Source of the DNA: Wenzhouxiangellaceae bacterium
GTDB taxonomy: Bacteria; Pseudomonadota; Gammaproteobacteria; Xanthomonadales; Wenzhouxiangellaceae
Assembly: GCA_032251235.1 (NCBI GenBank)
Contig: JAVVET010000001.1
Span: forward strand, 20,918-84,917
Direction: 5' to 3'
DNA length: 64,000 bases
Part shown: piece by piece, positions 38,911 through 46,779 of the stretch
Layout of the letters: each line of letters opens with the position of its first letter
Numbering within the stretch: position 1 is the stretch's first letter
The notes under the pieces: model-generated
What the model was told of the DNA's origin: nothing
Databases searched by the model: none
What the model saw: the letters and a program-made list of their open reading frames with translations, nothing else
Program-made: the position numbers and the translations under genes

Positions 38911-41622
38911 TCAACGCAACTTTCGACTATAGCTGGGGGCGCGCAAGACGGCATTGATCAGCAACATGTTCAGGCCGTCGAGGTAGGCGCGCACGGCCGG
39001 GTCCTCGGTGAAGCCGATGACCATGCCCCGGCCGTGATTCTGGGTCACCACGAATGGCTTGAACGCCAGCTGCATGCGGTTTTCCTGCCACAGGTGGCCA
39101 CCGGCCAACAGTTCGTCGGCAGCCTCGAAGCGGACCACGTTGCGCCCCTGGTCGCGGGTCATCGGGGTAAAGATGCGGCTGCCGCGCACCAGCACGTTGA
39201 GCGTGTCGGCAACGCCTGCGGCCAGCCAGTGATCCGAATCGACCACGGCCCGCACCAGCACGCCGGCGACCGAATCGGGAGCTTCGCTGTCGGCTTGCGC
39301 CAGCTGTTCGAATTGCTCGGGCGACTCGATCAGCGTGCCCGGCACGCGGGCGCCGTCTTCGGCGTCCTCCGTGGAGGTTTCCTGTTCCGGATCGCGCGCC
39401 TGGTATTCGGCGCGAAACGCCAGCAGGTCCACGTCCGGGTGCGCGGCCCATTCGGTGCCGCCGGCCATCGTGACCAGCACGCCGCCGTCGGAAACCCAGT
39501 CGGCCAGCGTCGACCGACCGGCCTCGCCCAGTGCGCCCTGGTAGCCGCCGCCGAACCTCGAATCGTCGGGCAGGATGACCACGTCGAAGCGGTTCAGGTC
39601 GGCGCTCTTCAGGGTCTGGGTGCGAATCGGCACCACCGGGTAGCCGAACTGCCGCTCGAGCACGAAGCGCACCGCCCCCGGTGCATAGCTGTCGGTGGGC
39701 GCGTCCCAGGCGATCGCCACGCGCGGCGCGATCAGGCGCGGCGTTTTGCCGGAGCCGAAATTTGGTCCCGCCGTGATCCAGCTGTCGTCAACGCCGATCA
39801 CGTCGGCACCGGTCTCGCGCGCAAGGGCTTCCAGAGTCGCGGCCAGGGTTGCAGCGATCGGGCCGTCTTCGCGGTCCGTATTTCGGGCGACGGGAAAGAT
39901 CAGCGTGCCCGACGGGTATTCGCGGCCATCGTGTACAAAGTCCTCTTCGCTGGATTGAACGTACAGGTCCCGGCGCAGCGCGGCGGCCATCAAGCGGGCC
40001 GTGGCACGCGAGCCGCCCGGCACCAGCCAGGCCACGTCGGCGTCGGCAGCGCTGATGCTGCCGGCCGGAACCTGTCCAACCTGGACGCGGTCCATGCCGT
40101 CGGTGGACACCGAACGGCTGCATTCAACGGTCTCGATATTGAACATCAGCGGCAGCGACCAGGCGGTGACGTCGTAGATTTCGTCGGACAGGTCCCGGGC
40201 TCGGCGGCTTTCCTGCCGGGCGATGAATTGTTCGTCCATTTCGATGTTTTCATCGAGCAGTACGCGCAGCTTGCGATACTCGGGCTGGTTGGCCGGGATC
40301 AGGTAGCTGCCGGCCGCAAGCTCGCGCCCGCAGGCGTTGATCGCCTCGGCGCTGCGGAAGGCATCGATGCCGTGGCGCGCCAGCAGCCCGGCCAGCCGAT
40401 CGGCGCCGCCCTGGTCGGCCTGGGCCGGGATGGCCCAGGCTTGCGGGCCTTCGAGGTCGGCAAGCTCGATGGCCGATGCGCGGTAATCGCGGAAATCGCG
40501 CCACAGCCTTGCGCGGTTCTCGGCCACGGTCTGGGCCGTGGCCAGCGATGCGACGACGTATTCGCGCACGGTTTCGGCATAGCTCATCTCGCTGCCGTCG
40601 CGCAGCCGCACGATCAGCCCGCGAGCCGAGCCCTGTTCGTAGGTCATCGCCACGCCGCCGTAATACGACGGCCAGCTGGCACCGTAGCCGGGATAGAAAG
40701 CGTCGAACACATCGCGCGTGAAGTACGGAAAACCGAAGCGGTCGAACCAGCGCGCGTTGTTTTTTCCGAACAACTCGAGGTTGTCGCGCTGGCTCGACGC
40801 CAGCAGCGGGTTGTATGGAATCGCCTCGGGGGCGAAGAAAAAGCTTGAGTCCGAACCCATCTCGTGGGCATCGACGAAGGCCAGCGGATACCAGTCAAGC
40901 AGTGCGGCCACGTGGCCCCTGGTCTCGGGCTGGGTGATCGACAGCCAGTCGCGGTTCAGATCGAACAGGTAGTGGTTGACGCGCCCCGAGGGCCACGGCT
41001 CGTCGTGCTCGGCGGCCAGGCGGCTGGCCGCCGGCTCCAGGCCTTCGGCCATTTCGAAGTTGTGCACGAAGCGCGCCCGGCCGTCCGGGTTTTGCATCGG
41101 GTTGATGAACACCAGCGTGTTGGCCAGGATGGAATCGACCACGTCGTTGTCCCTTGCCGCCAAAAGGTGCCAGGCCGTGGCCATGGCGCCGTCGGCCGGC
41201 GAGATTTCGTTGCCGTGCACCGAATAGGCCATCCAGACCGTGCCCGGCACCCGTTGCATGGCCGCATCGATGGTGTTGGCATCATGATCGTCGGGGTGGG
41301 CGATGGCCTGGATATCGGCCTTGATGGCATCCAGCTTCGCCAGCCGCTCGGACGTGCCGATCACGGCGTAGAACAGTTCCCGGCCTTCCCAGCTGGTGGC
41401 ATAGGGGAAGATCCGGATGCGTTCCGGGTAGGCCTGTTCCAGCGCGTCGAACCACTTGCGCACGTTTGCAGGCGAGCTGATGCGCTCGCCGGAGGCATAG
41501 CCGAGCACCTGCTCAAAAACGGGTGCATTGGCGTGGTATTGGCTGCCGGGCAGGAAATCGGCCGCGCCGGCGTGGGCGGCGGATGCAAAAATCAGTGCAA
41601 TCATGGTGAGAATGAAACGCAT
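38911..41622 (-). CDS. Large secreted M14-family zinc carboxypeptidase with a C-terminal extension of about 500 aa.
   Basis: It has a signal peptide (MRFILTMIALIFASAAHA) and the zinc motif SVHGNEISP, with a downstream HEM.. region. The length is 903 aa. Confidence 0.75.
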   Translation of the reverse strand: MRFILTMIALIFASAAHAGAADFLPGSQYHANAPVFEQVLGYASGERISSPANVRKWFDALEQAYPERIRIFPYATSWEGRELFYAVIGTSERLAKLDAIKADIQAIAHPDDHDANTIDAAMQRVPGTVWMAYSVHGNEISPADGAMATAWHLLAARDNDVVDSILANTLVFINPMQNPDGRARFVHNFEMAEGLEPAASRLAAEHDEPWPSGRVNHYLFDLNRDWLSITQPETRGHVAALLDWYPLAFVDAHEMGSDSSFFFAPEAIPYNPLLASSQRDNLELFGKNNARWFDRFGFPYFTRDVFDAFYPGYGASWPSYYGGVAMTYEQGSARGLIVRLRDGSEMSYAETVREYVVASLATAQTVAENRARLWRDFRDYRASAIELADLEGPQAWAIPAQADQGGADRLAGLLARHGIDAFRSAEAINACGRELAAGSYLIPANQPEYRKLRVLLDENIEMDEQFIARQESRRARDLSDEIYDVTAWSLPLMFNIETVECSRSVSTDGMDRVQVGQVPAGSISAADADVAWLVPGGSRATARLMAAALRRDLYVQSSEEDFVHDGREYPSGTLIFPVARNTDREDGPIAATLAATLEALARETGADVIGVDDSWITAGPNFGSGKTPRLIAPRVAIAWDAPTDSYAPGAVRFVLERQFGYPVVPIRTQTLKSADLNRFDVVILPDDSRFGGGYQGALGEAGRSTLADWVSDGGVLVTMAGGTEWAAHPDVDLLAFRAEYQARDPEQETSTEDAEDGARVPGTLIESPEQFEQLAQADSEAPDSVAGVLVRAVVDSDHWLAAGVADTLNVLVRGSRIFTPMTRDQGRNVVRFEAADELLAGGHLWQENRMQLAFKPFVVTQNHGRGMVIGFTEDPAVRAYLDGLNMLLINAVLRAPSYSRKLR

Positions 41623-41776
41623 GCCTTAAGGGCCTTTTTGAAGAAACGAGCCGAGCATAGCCGATATCGGGTCGATGCGACAATCCCGCGAAGATCAAGT
41701 GGTCTCGAAGCAAAAGAAGTTGATTGACTGGTTTATAATTTAGGAATCTCTTAATTAATTCAAGGAGGATTTGACA

Positions 41777-42163
41777 ATGGCTTACCACATCAGCAAAACC
41801 CTGGACGTGACGCCCGAGCAGGCGCGCGAACGCGCCATGGACGCGCTGTCCCAGCAAGGCTTCGGCGTGTTGTCTGAAATTGACGTGGCCGCGGCGATGA
41901 AGAAAAAGCTCGACCGCGACATGCCCTATTACACGATCCTTGGCGCCTGCAATCCGGAAATGGCCTGGAAAGCGCTCGAGCAGGAGCCAAATATCGGTAC
42001 CATGCTGCCGTGCAATGTCATCGTCAGAAAACTCGAAGACGGCAAGGTCGAAGTCTCGGCAGTCGACCCGCAAGCCTCGATGCAGGCCATCGAAAACCCC
42101 GAACTCGGCAAAATTGCAGGTGAAGTCCGTTCCAGCCTGCAACGTGTGATCGATGCGCTGTGA
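41777..42163 (+). CDS. DUF302 domain protein.
   Basis: GFGVLSEIDV....YTILGACNP is the DUF302 core. A strong SD (AAGGAGGA) lies 8 nt upstream of the ATG at 41777. Confidence 0.7.
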   Translation: MAYHISKTLDVTPEQARERAMDALSQQGFGVLSEIDVAAAMKKKLDRDMPYYTILGACNPEMAWKALEQEPNIGTMLPCNVIVRKLEDGKVEVSAVDPQASMQAIENPELGKIAGEVRSSLQRVIDAL

Positions 42164-42180
42164 GCACCGGGTTCAGGCTC

Positions 42181-42348
42181 CTGGCAGCCTGTCGGGCTTA
42201 ACGCTGATCTACTGCGGAAAAGCCGAATTGGGCCAGATTTCCCGCTCTTTTCCGTTAAACAGGCTCGTTATTCGCCTCAAAAGACCGAAAAATCTGACTC
42301 CAGCCGGCTTTCCCTCGCGACGATCGGTCAAGCCCGACAGGCTGCTAG
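42181..42348 (+). repeat. MITE/ERIC-like imperfect-palindrome intergenic repeat, copy A (about 168 bp, 19-bp terminal inverted repeats).
   Basis: The ends are CTGGCAGCCTGTCGGGCTT...AAGCCCGACAGGCTGCTAG. The left and right halves are inverted copies of each other. A second copy lies at 54715-54881. Confidence 0.8.
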
Positions 42349-43736
42349 AGTGACGCTTCGACAGGTTGGCCATGGCGTTTGTACACGGTGCCGGCCTTCA
42401 TCACCAAATCCACGTTCTGCAGCAGGTTGATGTGCTTGAGCACATCGCCGCGCACCGCGATGATGTCGGCTTTTTTACCGGCTTCGACGGTGCCCACTTC
42501 GTCGGCCACGCCCATCATCACCGCCGGCCAGTAGGTGGCCGCGCGGATGACTTCCATCGGCGCCAGCCCGAAGATGTCGACCAGGCCGTCCATTTCGCGC
42601 CAGGTCGAGTCGCAGTGGAAATTCATCGGCACGCCCGAGTCGGTGCCGACCAAAAACACCACCCCGGCTTCCTTTAACTGTTCGATCTTGCGCTTGAGCG
42701 TGGGCGCGCGCAGCGGGTGGAGCTGCATGTAGCCGAGCTTGCCCGGGTGTCGTATCGATTGCCGGATGTCGGCGATGGTATCGGGCGCCAGGCCGCGCTG
42801 CCAGCATGGGTCATCGAGCATCTCGGGGTTTTCGACCAGCGCGGTGTAGCTGTAGAGGCCCTCGACGGTGGGTGTCCAGAACAGCGGGCCGCCGGCGACC
42901 CGGCCGGTTGCCGTGCGTTCTCTGAGCCGGTTCATTACGTCTTCGGGATACTCCGGCGCGGTGGTCAGGCCGGTATGCTCGAAATTGTCGACACCGATTT
43001 CCAGGCCCCTGCGGACCTCGTCGGGGCGGTGCGAATGCGCGACCACTTTCAGACCGCGCGCGTGAGCGGCATCGACGATCGCCTGGGCTTCCTCCAGCGT
43101 CATTTTGTCCTGGTCGACCAGCTTGATCATGTCGACGCCGGCATCGGCCAGCTCGAACACCTTGTCGCGGGCGTCGCGAGCCCCGGAAACCGCCCAGCGG
43201 TAGCCCTTCTGCCAGTCCTCGACTTCGTGCTGCAGGAAAGGCCCGGAGACGAACAGCCGCGGACCGGGTATTTTGCCGGCCGCGATCGAGTCGCGGATTT
43301 CGATCGATACGGCCAGCGGCGCCCCGAGGTCGCGCGCCGAGGTCACGCCGGCCAGCAGCAGCTGCAGCGCCGCGGCCGGCATGATTTCGCTGCCGTAGCG
43401 GTCGCTGTAATTGGTTTGCCAGTGGACGTAATCGGCATGGCCGACGATCATCAGGTGGGCGTGGCTTTCCCAGAGCCCGGGCAGCACGTCCATGCCCTCG
43501 GTGGAAACCATCTGGTAGCCGTCCGGCACGGCCAGCGTGGCGACGCTGCCGACCTCGACGATCCGGCCGTCCTCGATCAGGATCACGCTGTTGGCCAGCG
43601 GCGGCCCGCCGTAACCATCGATCAGCCGCCCGCCGACCAGCGCGGTTCGATCCTGGGCAAGTGCCGCCGACCCGATGATCGATGTGACCAGGCAGCTGAT
43701 GAACAACAGTGATGAGACAAGCGGGTTGCGGCGCAT
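42345..43736 (-). CDS. Secreted metal-dependent amidohydrolase (paralogous class to the 9892-11253 gene).
   Basis: It has a signal peptide (MRRNPLVSSLLFISCLVTSIIGSAALA), the WESHAHL motif and a C-terminal KKADIIAVRGDVLKHI motif. Confidence 0.75.
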   Translation of the reverse strand: MRRNPLVSSLLFISCLVTSIIGSAALAQDRTALVGGRLIDGYGGPPLANSVILIEDGRIVEVGSVATLAVPDGYQMVSTEGMDVLPGLWESHAHLMIVGHADYVHWQTNYSDRYGSEIMPAAALQLLLAGVTSARDLGAPLAVSIEIRDSIAAGKIPGPRLFVSGPFLQHEVEDWQKGYRWAVSGARDARDKVFELADAGVDMIKLVDQDKMTLEEAQAIVDAAHARGLKVVAHSHRPDEVRRGLEIGVDNFEHTGLTTAPEYPEDVMNRLRERTATGRVAGGPLFWTPTVEGLYSYTALVENPEMLDDPCWQRGLAPDTIADIRQSIRHPGKLGYMQLHPLRAPTLKRKIEQLKEAGVVFLVGTDSGVPMNFHCDSTWREMDGLVDIFGLAPMEVIRAATYWPAVMMGVADEVGTVEAGKKADIIAVRGDVLKHINLLQNVDLVMKAGTVYKRHGQPVEASL

Positions 43737-43921
43737 GCGGGGTTCCTGAAAAATTTTCCTGTCCAACTTTCGCCGATCGCGGGCGCCGCGTCAAGGTAGG
43801 CCACGGACAAGAACCGGCGGTGCGTGCTTACAGGGCCTGCGCCGGCGACATTCGGCGCCTCATTGACGACCGAGCGCGTAAAATCAGCGCTCGTACACGC
43901 CTGATTGCCAGCCATGCGGCC

Positions 43922-44830
43922 ATGAACGATTTTTTCGCTTTTTTTGTGCCCTGGGAGTTCAGCTGGCTGGTCCAGCTGACGATCGGGTGCGCGTTGCTGC
44001 TGTACTGGAATGGTCTGCGTTTGAGCCGGCCCGACGAGTTGCCCGGCACCGGGCCGGTGCTTGCTTTCGTCATTGGCGTGGCCTTGATGTACCTGGTCAC
44101 CCAAACCTACTTTGATTACTGGTCGCAGTACATGTTCTTCGTTCATCGCGGCCAACACCTGGTGTTGCATCACCTGGCGCCGTTTCTGATCGCGCTTTCG
44201 ATGCCGGCGCCGGTGCTGGCGCGCGGCTTGCCCGGGCCGGTCAAGCGGTGGTTTGCGCGTCGGGCCGTGCTGCGCACGCTTTGGGTGGGCGTTTACCGGA
44301 CCCTGCAGCAGCCCCTGATTGCCTGCGTGCTGTTCGTCGGCCTGATCGCTTTCTGGCTGACGCCCGAGATCCACTTCGACGCCATGCTCAGCTCGACGCT
44401 GTACTGGGTCATGAACTGGACCATGGCGCTCGACGGCCTGTTGTTCTGGTGGCTGATGTTCGATCGCGGACGCCAGGGCATCACGCCCAGGCTCGGTTAC
44501 GGCACGCGCATCCTGCTGCTGGCCGCGGTGATGATCCCGCAGATCATCATCGGCGCCAGCATCGCCTTCAGCGACCGGGTCTGGTTCGACGTCTACGCCG
44601 TCTGCGGCCGCGCCTGGCCGGTCTCGCCGATGAGCGACCAGAACCTGGGCGGTTTGATCACCTGGATTCCGGCTGCCATGATGAGCGTCGTCGGCGCCCT
44701 GATCGTGTTGCGATTCTGGCTGTATTCTGAAACCCAGGCCTTGCCGGCCAGTGTCCCGGCACCGGGCCTGGATGATTTTCCGGCCGCTGAAAAGCGGTCG
44801 GCCGAACTTCAAAATCGAGGAGTGAAATGA
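43922..44830 (+). CDS. Cytochrome c oxidase assembly protein (caa3 CtaG-type membrane protein).
   Basis: It is polytopic, with HHLAPFLIAL and ITWIPAAMM motifs. It lies directly upstream of the PCuAC and SCO genes. Confidence 0.65.
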   Translation: MNDFFAFFVPWEFSWLVQLTIGCALLLYWNGLRLSRPDELPGTGPVLAFVIGVALMYLVTQTYFDYWSQYMFFVHRGQHLVLHHLAPFLIALSMPAPVLARGLPGPVKRWFARRAVLRTLWVGVYRTLQQPLIACVLFVGLIAFWLTPEIHFDAMLSSTLYWVMNWTMALDGLLFWWLMFDRGRQGITPRLGYGTRILLLAAVMIPQIIIGASIAFSDRVWFDVYAVCGRAWPVSPMSDQNLGGLITWIPAAMMSVVGALIVLRFWLYSETQALPASVPAPGLDDFPAAEKRSAELQNRGVK

Positions 44831-45291
44831 AACTGGCAAGCGGTCTGGTAGCGCTGGCTTTGCTGATCGCCGGCGCGGTCTGGTGGGTCAGCAGCGTTGA
44901 ACCCGAAGCACCGGTCACGATCGAAAATCCGCGCGTTCGGCTGGTGCCCGGCGGCGGCCCGATGGCCGGCTACATGGAAATCCACAATCACAGCGACCAG
45001 GCGATCCGGCTGGTCGGCGCGCGGTCGGAACACTTTGGCCGGGTGATGATTCATCGCAGCATCGTCGCCGACGGCCGCACGCGCATGCAGCACCAGCCCG
45101 ACGGGTTGGAAATCCGCGCCGGACAATCGGCGCTATTCAAGCCCCGCGACCTGCACCTGATGCTGATGCAGCCCACGATTTCACCTGAAATCGGCGACCA
45201 GCTTGAAATCGTGTTGCGCTTCGAAGGCAGCCAAGCGGTACCGGCGGCCGTGCCGGTGATGTTCACCGTCGTTCCGATTACCTCGTCATGA
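44827..45291 (+). CDS. Periplasmic copper chaperone PCu(A)C (DUF461).
   Basis: It carries MAGYMEIHN (H(M)x10Mx21HxM-type ligand pattern) and DLHLMLM. It overlaps the upstream stop by 4 nt. Confidence 0.8.
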   Translation: MKLASGLVALALLIAGAVWWVSSVEPEAPVTIENPRVRLVPGGGPMAGYMEIHNHSDQAIRLVGARSEHFGRVMIHRSIVADGRTRMQHQPDGLEIRAGQSALFKPRDLHLMLMQPTISPEIGDQLEIVLRFEGSQAVPAAVPVMFTVVPITSS

Positions 45292-45896
45292 GGCGCCTGG
45301 CGAATCTGCTGTCGCTGGGTGCGGTGGCGGTCGCGCTGGCTGGCTGCGGCGAGAATCCATACCACGGCAAGGATATTTCCGGGCTGATGCCGCCGCTGGC
45401 GTTCGAGCTGATCGACGAGACCGGCGAGCCGGTCAGCGAAGAAATTTTTGCCGGGCGGCCGGTGGCGCTGTATTTCGGCTTTAGCCATTGCCCGGATATC
45501 TGCCCGACCACGCTGGCCCGCCTGACCGCGGCCGCGCGGCGCTTGCCCGAACCGCTCCGCCAGCGCCTGCAGCTGGGCTTCGTCAGCGTCGATCCCGAGC
45601 GTGACCGGCCCGAGCAGCTCGACCGCTACACGGCCGCCTTCAGCGAACGCATGATCGGCCTGACCGGCAGCCAGCAGCAACTCAAGCGCCTCACCCGGCG
45701 CTACCGGGTCACTTATGGATACGAGCAGCCGCGCCCGGACGGCAGTTACGATGTCAGCCACAGCTCGGCGATTTTTCTGTTCGACGCCGAGCTCCAGCCG
45801 CGCCTGATGCTGCTCGACGATCTCACCGTCGACCAGCTGGTCCACGACATGCAGCTGGTCCTGGAGCCTGTCGGACAGGCTCCCAGGCAAGGTTGA
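45288..45896 (+). CDS. SCO family thioredoxin-fold copper chaperone (SCO1/SenC).
   Basis: It has the FGFSHCPDICPTTL (CxxxC) motif and a downstream VSHSSAIFL histidine. It overlaps the upstream gene by 4 nt. Confidence 0.85.
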   Translation: MRRLANLLSLGAVAVALAGCGENPYHGKDISGLMPPLAFELIDETGEPVSEEIFAGRPVALYFGFSHCPDICPTTLARLTAAARRLPEPLRQRLQLGFVSVDPERDRPEQLDRYTAAFSERMIGLTGSQQQLKRLTRRYRVTYGYEQPRPDGSYDVSHSSAIFLFDAELQPRLMLLDDLTVDQLVHDMQLVLEPVGQAPRQG

Positions 45897-45930
45897 ATGA
45901 CCAAATGGTCGAATTTAGCTCGATATCGGC

Positions 45931-45959
45931 TTGCAATTGTCCGGCTTTTAGGCTATAAA
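45931..45959 (+). promoter_or_regulatory. Candidate sigma-70 promoter for rpmB-rpmG (TTGCAA-N17-TATAAA).
   Basis: The hexamers and an exact 17-nt spacer were read directly. The site is 64 nt upstream of the rpmB ATG. Confidence 0.5.
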
Positions 45960-46022
45960 GTACGGCTTGATTTCGAATGACCGCTTGCGGTCGATTTTTA
46001 ACCAATTTCTGGAACAGCCGCT

Positions 46023-46259
46023 ATGTCCAAAGTCTGCCAAGTGACCGGCAAACGCCCGATGGTCGGGAACAACGTTTCCCACGCAAACAATCGAACCAGA
46101 AGGCGCTTTTTGCCGAACCTGCACAGCCACCGGTTCTGGGTGGAAAGCGAAAATCGCTGGGTCAAGCTGCGTCTGTCGACCAAGGGCTTGCGCATTATCG
46201 ACAAGAAAGGCATCGACGCCGTGCTGACGGATCTGCGCGCGTCGGGCATGAAAATCTAA
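46023..46259 (+). CDS. rpmB: 50S ribosomal protein L28.
   Basis: [33 protein letters not shown] is canonical L28. Confidence 0.95.
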   Translation: MSKVCQVTGKRPMVGNNVSHANNRTRRRFLPNLHSHRFWVESENRWVKLRLSTKGLRIIDKKGIDAVLTDLRASGMKI

Positions 46260-46278
46260 ATTCAAGGAGCATTGAGTC

Positions 46279-46446
46279 ATGGCAGGTAGCGCCCGCGACA
46301 AGATCAAGCTCGTCTCCTCGGCCGGGACGGGACACTATTACACGACCAACAAGTCGAAAAAGAATACGCCGCACAAGCTCGAGTTCAACAAGTACGATCC
46401 GGTGGTTCGCAAGCACGTGATGTACAAGGAAGCGAAGATCAAGTAA
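46279..46446 (+). CDS. rpmG: 50S ribosomal protein L33. At 55 aa it falls below the ORF-track cutoff.
   Basis: Translated by hand: [61 protein letters not shown] lies upstream, and the gene immediately follows rpmB. Confidence 0.9.
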   Translation: MAGSARDKIKLVSSAGTGHYYTTNKSKKNTPHKLEFNKYDPVVRKHVMYKEAKIK

Positions 46447-46495
46447 AACCAGATCCAGCCGTCCGGCGTCTGCCGGAGCGGCCGCTTTCCAAAGC

Positions 46496-46527
46496 GCCGG
46501 GCCCATCGATGGGTCCGGCTTTTTTTT
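46496..46527 (+). terminator. Rho-independent terminator of rpmBG.
   Basis: GCCGGGCCCATCGATGGGTCCGGC forms a hairpin and is followed by T8. Confidence 0.8.
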
Positions 46528-46779
46528 GTGCGCGATTTCAAACTCGGGGATCGAGAGGGGGGAGGTAAACGAGAGCCTGAATACGGGGAGACCGTGGACA
46601 GGCAGATCCGCGCGACGCGAAACCGTGGACAGGCAGATCCTCGCCGACGCGCTGCTGCGAGCACGCTTTTGCCGGAGCGGGCTCCGGCCACGATTGCTGG
46701 CTGACCCATCGGCGTCTCGATCGTGCCGATCCTGCGCGGCGTCGGGCCGACGCGCTGCTGATGTCCGCAGCGCCTGTTT

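Noticed and set aside
38104-40848. A 914-aa ORF on the plus strand across the FMN reductase and M14 peptidase loci.
   Set aside because: It is antisense to two well-supported minus-strand genes and has low-complexity composition. It is a shadow ORF. The same reasoning applies to these ORFs: 12386-13762(-), 16179-17459(-), 20499-21980(+), 21482-22717(+), 23088-24176(+), 28486-30060(+), 32127-34046(-), 43622-44839(-), 47542-48594(+), 53222-55126(-) and 61946-63082(-).
46591-46640. Two 19-bp direct repeats with 31-bp period; considered as a mini CRISPR array.
   Set aside because: There are only two units, and the 12-nt sequence between them is far too short for a spacer. No cas genes or leader are present. 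It is a simple tandem duplication.
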